Below are positions 57,517 through 64,000 of a DNA stretch of 64,000 nucleotides, in pieces. The first letter of the stretch is position 1; the number at the start of each line of letters is the position of its first letter. This DNA comes from Corallochytrium limacisporum Hawaii. Taxonomy: Eukaryota > Protista > Pluriformea. The position numbers and the translations under genes were made by a program. The notes under the pieces are model-generated. The model made no database searches. It saw only the letters and a program-made list of their open reading frames with translations, and was not told where the DNA came from. Where the stretch lies: NCBI GenBank assembly GCA_002811645.1, contig PDIP01000002.1, positions 131,683 through 195,682 on the forward strand. The letters are read 5' to 3'.

Positions 57517-58899
57517 TCAGAAGCCGCTGTATGACGCGTTCAAGGTCGAACTCGGTATGTGTTGACTCCTGAAGTAGGCCCAGTCACAGCGACCTTTCAC
57601 GGTTGTCAAGGCGGCTTCTCGCTCGCCAATATTTTGAGCTCCGTGCGCCTTTTGCGGGATCAATGACTTACAGTAATCTGCTCGCGATATGGCACAGTCC
57701 TCGATGCCCAAGCAAGTTCCGTAGACACTGGCTCCGAACCATGAAAGAGTGGCAGGTGCACAAGGCAAAGAGTCAAAAACCTGCAGACTCTTGCCGATGT
57801 CGCCAAATTTCGCTACAACCTTCGCTTCAATTTGTGCCATGCACGCGTTCCTGAAACCAGGAAGCTGAGAAACCCCACCACTGAAAACGATCGTTTGGAT
57901 CAGCTGGCCACAGCTGCCCTTTCCCGCAGCCTTCAAACTCTCCGCCGCTGCTTCACTTATGGTGATACCATCAGCTGCGCCGGAACAGAGAATTTCGCGC
58001 TGCAGCTGAGCCAGGACAGACCAAGGAATGCGCACCTTGGTCAGAAGCTTCCCTTCGCAGAGTATGCCCGGCCGCACAGCCACCTCAAATGGTCCCTGAG
58101 GTTCCTCACCGTTTTCTGCATCGCACCAAATCATACGGGAAATAACCTCCATACAAAGTTCTCTTGCCACAGGTATTGTCTTCAGGGCGTACCAAGTCTC
58201 TCCATGCTCCCGGAACATGCCCTCTCCAGTTTCTTCCAGGGCAGCCCTTGTGTTCTCGACGATCGTCCTCATGGAGCCTACCGTAGCGAGACGGAGTGCT
58301 TTGACATCGGCAAGGCCTCCTCCTCTTACTGGACACACCGTCACATCATTTTCGCCGACGTCTACATGCAAGAAGCCATTGGGCAACGATAGTGGCTCCA
58401 GTGCCAGTGCAGCTGCAATAGGAGATGTTAATACCTCAAGACCGTCACATACGCCAAGGCCACTCCCGCTCAGCAAGTGCTGCATAAGGATCATCTTTCC
58501 CATTACCGGTATGGTCATCCTCTCCACCAAAACCAGAGCCCTTCGCGATGACCTTGCTGCAGATGCTGATGTGTTTTTTGGCTCTGTCAGGAGATCCGAC
58601 GTGTTTCTCTTCTGTGCAGCTAGGTCACACATTACGCGAAGCTGAGCTGCGAGGATGCGAGCCGCAGCGTGACACTTCGCCTCCAACATAGTATCATTGT
58701 CGTCCAGGCCGACTTCTGCTAAATTGACTGTCACAGACTTCATAGGAAAGCCATCCCCGTCATCTGTCCATCCCTCGGGCAAATGAATGCTGGCTGGGAT
58801 GGTGCTCCGAGGGTGCAGCTCGCCGGCAAAACCCAATCGGATCAGACTTGACCCCAGGTCCATCACTATTGTGGCAGTGACGTCCCGGAACAGAGACAT
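57517..58899 (-). CDS. ACTR10: Actin-related protein 10 (dynactin Arp11), divergent
   Basis: IVMDLGSSLIRLGFAGELHPRSTIP; LVLVER; LHVDVG; IVFSGGVSQLPGF; LSWFGASVYG; C-terminal ISRADY...GRCDW resembles ACTR10 VSKEYY..GRIPDW. Confidence 0.8.
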   Translation of the reverse strand: MSLFRDVTATIVMDLGSSLIRLGFAGELHPRSTIPASIHLPEGWTDDGDGFPMKSVTVNLAEVGLDDNDTMLEAKCHAAARILAAQLRVMCDLAAQKRNTSDLLTEPKNTSASAARSSRRALVLVERMTIPVMGKMILMQHLLSGSGLGVCDGLEVLTSPIAAALALEPLSLPNGFLHVDVGENDVTVCPVRGGGLADVKALRLATVGSMRTIVENTRAALEETGEGMFREHGETWYALKTIPVARELCMEVISRMIWCDAENGEEPQGPFEVAVRPGILCEGKLLTKVRIPWSVLAQLQREILCSGAADGITISEAAAESLKAAGKGSCGQLIQTIVFSGGVSQLPGFRNACMAQIEAKVVAKFGDIGKSLQVFDSLPCAPATLSWFGASVYGTCLGIEDCAISRADYCKSLIPQKAHGAQNIGEREAALTTVKGRCDWAYFRSQHIPSSTLNASYSGF

Positions 58900-59408
58900 T
58901 CTTCTTGGTTGCTCAGTATTTCCTAGTAAACATCTCTATTGTTTATGGTCCCTCTCCTCCTGCTCTCTCCGATGTAGAAAATGTAGACGATCCACACGAG
59001 TAGCACAGATCCCAGTGCCACTTGCATCAAAAAGCAGGTCCTTTCGGATACTCCCTGGTTCCTACGCCGGGCCATTACACATCACAGAGTCACAACCCTG
59101 ACGAGTATAGCACCTCTGAGCAAACTACCAAAAAGACGAGCAGTTCTGCAACGCACCATGCAATCTCCGGAAGTACCACCACCAGCCGCAATCGCACAAA
59201 AGCCGGGAGGGGCGGTCCGGTCCGAACACGTTCATTGAGCGCGGCATCAACACAACACAAAATCCCAACCCCCTCCCCCCTCTCTTTCCCCGCTGGGCCA
59301 TTGGACACAAAATCCGCTCGTGTGTTATAAACTGGGCCCTTAATGGATCGGTTTCGTTACGGTCTGGGGGGAACAGTGAAATCAAAAACTAAAGGCAAAG
59401 AGAACGAA

Positions 59409-59427
59409 CCCCGCGGGGGGGGGGGGG
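59409..59427. promoter_or_regulatory. CCCCGC-G13 element upstream of ACTR10
   Basis: About 500 bp upstream of ATG 58899; a further C-rich tract lies at about 59268-59292. Confidence 0.45.
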
Positions 59428-60230
59428 ACCGAAAGAGCGCGAAACTGTTCGGCACGGGGGTCCACAAAGTGGACCCCCCTGCGGGATTCTCCGAATGACG
59501 ATCAGGCGCGAGACCATTTTTGTGTGTGCAAGAGCCCGGCCATGTTCTAACCGACTCATCTGTTGCGCTACCTAAGAGCATGATTCCGAAGAGATTATCC
59601 ACTTGCACTTGCCCTTTTCTGGCGCGGCTCAAGCCAAGGCATATGGAAATGAAGATGCTTGCCATCGTGTCCAACCATCCGACATACACTACCTAATGGG
59701 TTGTACCCACAGGAATGATCAACCACTGTGAGAGAAGCAAGACCGGGGGTCATTGGAAGGGTCATGCAAAGATGCGTTGCTTGGACCGGCAGGTCGCCTC
59801 GCCGGTTGCCAATTTGTAACACTGTGCTCGTCCTCTATGTTCGTTGTCCCATTGCGGAGGGTAGGTAAAGGGGCTTCTCCACAATTACTAAAGCGTCGCT
59901 CCGTGATTCTCATGTGAGGCCTTAGAGGATCCGTTGGTGCAGGACTACCTTCCGTCGAGCGCACAATGTCCTAATGCTGACCTACAAGGATACACGGATT
60001 TCCCAATTTCGCGCTTCGGGTTCCGATGAGGAGAGCACTCTGTAGGGTCCTCCAAGAAAGCGGACGTTTTTGCGGTCAATGGGCCCGTTCTCAAAGCTCC
60101 CTTTGTTCCTCCCTCCCCCCCCTTCAGTATCCCCATCGAGGACTCCTCCCTCCACATCAGGTTCCATTTCCTTTGGGTTTGTCGATCGTTCGTTTTCTTC
60201 GTTCCTCTGTTTTCTTCCCCCCCCCCCCCC

Positions 60231-60388
60231 NNNNNNNNNNNNNNNNNNNNNNNNNNNNNNNNNNNNNNNNNNNNNNNNNNNNNNNNNNNNNNNNNNNNNN
60301 NNNNNNNNNNNNNNNNNNNNNNNNNNNNNNNNNNNNNNNNNNNNNNNNNNNNNNNNNNNNNNNNNNNNNNNNNNNNNNNNNNNNNNNN
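60231..60388. other. Assembly gap (158 N) at a poly-C tract
   Basis: N run; the same ~28 nt (TCTTCGTTCCTCTGTTTTCTTCCCCCCC) lies on both sides. Confidence 0.97.
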
Positions 60389-63300
60389 TCTTCGTTCCTC
60401 TGTTTTCTTCCCCCCCACCCCCCTCCCGTTCGTTACTCCGATACCCCTCGGTTGTACGGACACTGAACGGCTCGCTCTTTTATCCCGGAAGGGAGGGTCC
60501 TTGCCGAGGCAGGGCACTCAGGCACCACCAGCGAGGGTGTCTCTTGGAGAGACGTGTGCGGGAAAGTGAGGGGGAAAGCGTACCCCCCTTTTCGTCTCGG
60601 GAACTATCGTAGTTGCCCGCTGTCGTCAGCTGCCTGCTTTGCGTAAATCTAGCCTTCTTCGGAAACCAAAGGGGGAGAGAAGGAAAGAAGAAGGACACGA
60701 AGGAAACGCAATCGACAGGTAAAGAAGAGAAATCAAGAAATTAAGAAAATGACCCGGCGGAAGCGACGTGAGGACATTAGATCGAAAGCACAGGTACGGG
60801 TGAAGAACAGAACCCTACACATGCAAGCTGAACTTCAAGTGATTGAGGGTGCCCGAGAGCTCCTGGGTGCCTCTCTTCGTTTCTTCACAGGCAAGTAACA
60901 AATGGAGCAGATGGATTTCGTTTAGAGATGAAGGATGCCCTCCCTAATCGGTAGTTGTGCATTGCTTCCGACGAGATGAGTCCTTTCTGTGCCCTGTACG
61001 TCTTAAGTTACTATAGAGTTATAGTTTGAACAGAGGGCTCCAATCTAGTGAGGAGATGGTGCCTCCACCAATTTTACATACGATGTACGATTTCCAGGGC
61101 TGAGTCCTGATCAAGATGTCTGCCAACTCGCAGAACCAAAATGGTACGACCTGGAAGAGAAGCAATCATTCTCTTTAGCAAGATAAGGGGGAAGCCATAC
61201 AAAGTATACCATGGTTCCCATGATAGCATCTTACATGGGTCAATTCTTGGAGGATCTGTGGAGACGATCGCTCGGTTCAGCAAATGAAACTTCTACGATG
61301 GTTCGGAACTTGGTTGAGCATAGCAGCCAAGGGATTGTCTGCCTGCTTCACGGTGTTCATCTTCTCCACCGATGAATGGGCAGGGTGCGGGGGAGGGGCC
61401 ATGCTACGACCATCATACCCGAAAATTGTCCGTATTCGGTGAAACGGGTCATGCCTGCTCCACTTTATTCTAATTCATGATGTTACATGCAAGACTCATT
61501 CAAGGCGTTTCAAACTGACGGAGGATCATCGAGGTTGGTCAATAGGACCCCTTCATTTAGTTTTGTTCCACACCCACGTATTCTCCACCTCCTCCCGATT
61601 TTCGCTTGCTTCCTATCCTTGCGCTCGCTTCGTCGTTTGCGCGTCAAGAAGTATGAGAGGAGAATCGCCATGAAGAAGAGAAACAGGGTTTGAAAAGGGC
61701 AGTGATCGGAAATCGGGATACGTTTGCATCTGCCATGCTTGTGTAGCGGGTTTCCAAGCCTAGGAACCACAAATTGATGCGCTTATCCTTCCCAGTAGAC
61801 GTCACGGACGTCCAACCCTTCACCCGGGAAAGAGGAAAGGGGAAGACGTTGGAAAGAGTACTGCAACTTGTAAGGCATTTGGAGAGCAGGTTCTTCCTCC
61901 CTGTTGGGACCTCGCAATTGGTGCACGGTGAAATGATTCTTACAAACATCGGCAGCCACAAGAAAGTGGCCCATGCTCCATAGAATGAAGCTATCAAGTA
62001 TGAAAGAAGCCACGCCAACATATCGAATTAGCCACCGCCCAAATGATGCTGTAGGACCACACTGAGGTTTCGGGGACGAAGACGGGTGACCATGCGACAC
62101 CCAAGTGGATCACAAATCCTCGAAATGCTAGGTATGGCCGCGTTGGTCCGTTGCGCGGCTGGCTATGACATGGTTGGGTTGGGTGATCCGTTACTAAATA
62201 TTTCACTCGTGCGCGCCTATCTGTTTGTGTCCGCTCCGAAGGGGAAAGGCTGTCACAGTGCGTCAAATTGAACTCCTCCTCGTGAAGTGGGTGTTTCCAC
62301 ATCTCTTGTTGTTCCTCGCGATCTTCGTTTGAGCCAGCATACATACTACAGACTTGTACGATGCCGGTAAACAACATACGATGACTGATACATCTGGTAG
62401 AAGAAAACCACAGTGCTATAGATGCGCATCAGAAACGATCAGAAATGGCCGCCTCGGTCTCCCACTACAACTTCTTGATCCGCTTCATCGCTATGCTTGG
62501 TTTAGCTTTTCGTCCGAAGAAAGTCTATTGATCTTTGGATGTGATCATGAAGGACTCAACAGCCAACTACATGAACATAAACTATAAGCAGCATCGACCG
62601 GATTCGTATTCTCTCAAGACTGCCGGCAACCTATCTCGCAAGCGAGATTGGTAGGAAATGGTACTTGGTCGTCGCAGGAGCCTGAGTGTATGGAAGTTCC
62701 TTCTCAAGAGAAGGGGGCTGTCTTCAATCTCTGGTGCCATATAAGTACGCGCACATCACTTGAAAATGGTAATCGCTTGTGCACCCATCCATACAGCTAA
62801 TGAGTGCCTCAGTCAGAAACTGCACCTTATCCAGATTTCAAACCCCCGGTGTGCACGTAAAGGGGTAAGGCTCAAAAAGTGAATATGTGGAAATGAGGGC
62901 GGGTGCGAAGCGGAAAGACCAAAGTGCCTTCCTTTCCCCTCTGTCTCTTAGTGATGATTGAACATGCTAACAATGACCCGATCTAGAATAGAAGTGAGCG
63001 GTGAAGATAATGGGCAACAAAATGGCGCATTGGTGATACGCAACATATGTACAGACTTCCAAAACACTCATACGCACTGAGTACCTGCTTGCAGGGCATG
63101 GGCAGTTGGTCTGTATCAAGGAGTGGATCTCAAAGGAGCAAGGGTAAAGCTCGAGTGAAATTGCAAAGTGGACCCGCATAAACTTCCCCCCCCCCCAACC
63201 CCCAAACCGCAACTCTCCTTCTCCTCTTTCGTTCTGCCGGACTTTACCAATCGACTCCGGAGCTTGTTTACAGCGGCTGTCAAAAAATTTTCTCGTTTCT

Positions 63301-64000
63301 TCCGTTCTTTCTCCTGCCCAGCCTTTGATATTCTCTTTTGGCTTTTTCCGGTGACGGACCCCATATTGAGGCCAGGCAAAGAAATGAACTCAGGTGGGTC
63401 AAAAGGAAGGGTCATCGTCGTAGTTGTCCGCAAATCCGAACGAATATGTTTACGTATGCGGATTGCGAAGCGCTGGGGTGTAACATTGCCTCATCTCCCT
63501 GGACTGAGACTGAACCGCGTTGCGAGACGCGAGAGTTTGAAAGCAGTCCGGGGTACACTGCTGGTCTGCTACGCATCTCTCCGAGTTTGGTATGGGATGA
63601 CCGAGCATTGGAAAAGAAGGGACTCCCTTTGGCATGATGTTCTCATCTCCTGATACGAACTGTGTCGAGTCCAGAAAGGCTCCTTTTGCGAGACACAAGT
63701 GCAAATTGAGAACTACCATGTTGAAACATGGTTCGCAAGGTAGCGATGGTCCTCATAAGCGCAATATGAAACATACAGACCAATAACACAGTAGCATACT
63801 CCATTTTGCTCGCTATTCATTGAATATTAGGCTTTTGCGGAGGAAACAGCCAGGAACATCCGCGAGAAATCTCTTACGAGGATGTATGCTGAAGGACATG
63901 TTGATGAGACAAGGAGAAACCAGAGAATCTTCCGTTTGTGTATGTGTAAGATGATACCGTATTGAGATAATGTTTCGAAGCATCGTATCCCAGTCGCTAG

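Noticed and set aside
60196-60416. 28-bp direct repeat flanking the N gap, as a target-site duplication or mobile element
   Set aside because: Best explained as overlapping contig ends broken at a poly-C tract. It also warns that homopolymer lengths here are unreliable.
62086-62271. YDMVGLGDPLLNIS resembling the adenosine kinase/PfkB N-terminus
   Set aside because: No downstream PfkB motifs seen; likely chance or an unrecognisable relic.
1-64000. CRISPR arrays, prokaryotic operons, LTR/TIR elements, telomeric repeats
   Set aside because: No regularly spaced repeats, long terminal repeats, or RT/transposase ORFs seen; gene content is eukaryotic.

Overview
Eukaryotic, ~50% GC, 64-kb window whose coding regions have no introns. 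The gene set (MPP-type MAGUK, synaptogyrin, Tribbles-like pseudokinase, GATAD1, renalase, TOGARAM, PPP1R42) suggests an intron-poor unicellular holozoan such as Corallochytrium; this is inference from gene content only. Intact CDS: GATAD1-like, a single-pass PY-motif protein, CK2beta, PAT1, MFSD5, synaptogyrin, RAD50, MPP-MAGUK, Tribbles-like, HMGCL and ACTR10. Three genes are broken: PPP1R42 (about 5 indels), TOGARAM/crescerin (5'-truncated with an in-frame TAA) and renalase (2 indels); the first two are cilium/centrosome-associated. Two dense gene blocks (9-31 kb, 54.6-58.9 kb) alternate with long stretches lacking recognisable genes. Most notable: (1) a Tribbles pseudokinase with an intact C-terminal COP1-binding motif in an apparently non-animal genome, sitting inside ~22 kb without recognisable genes; (2) ciliary genes in the course of decay; (3) a recurrent, often palindromic C-tract/CCGG/G-tract element upstream of nearly every gene and at orphan sites; (4) candidate introns that appear confined to 5' UTRs. 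I could not support any tRNA, rRNA, CRISPR array or intact transposon. All homology calls come from motifs recognised by eye, not database searches.
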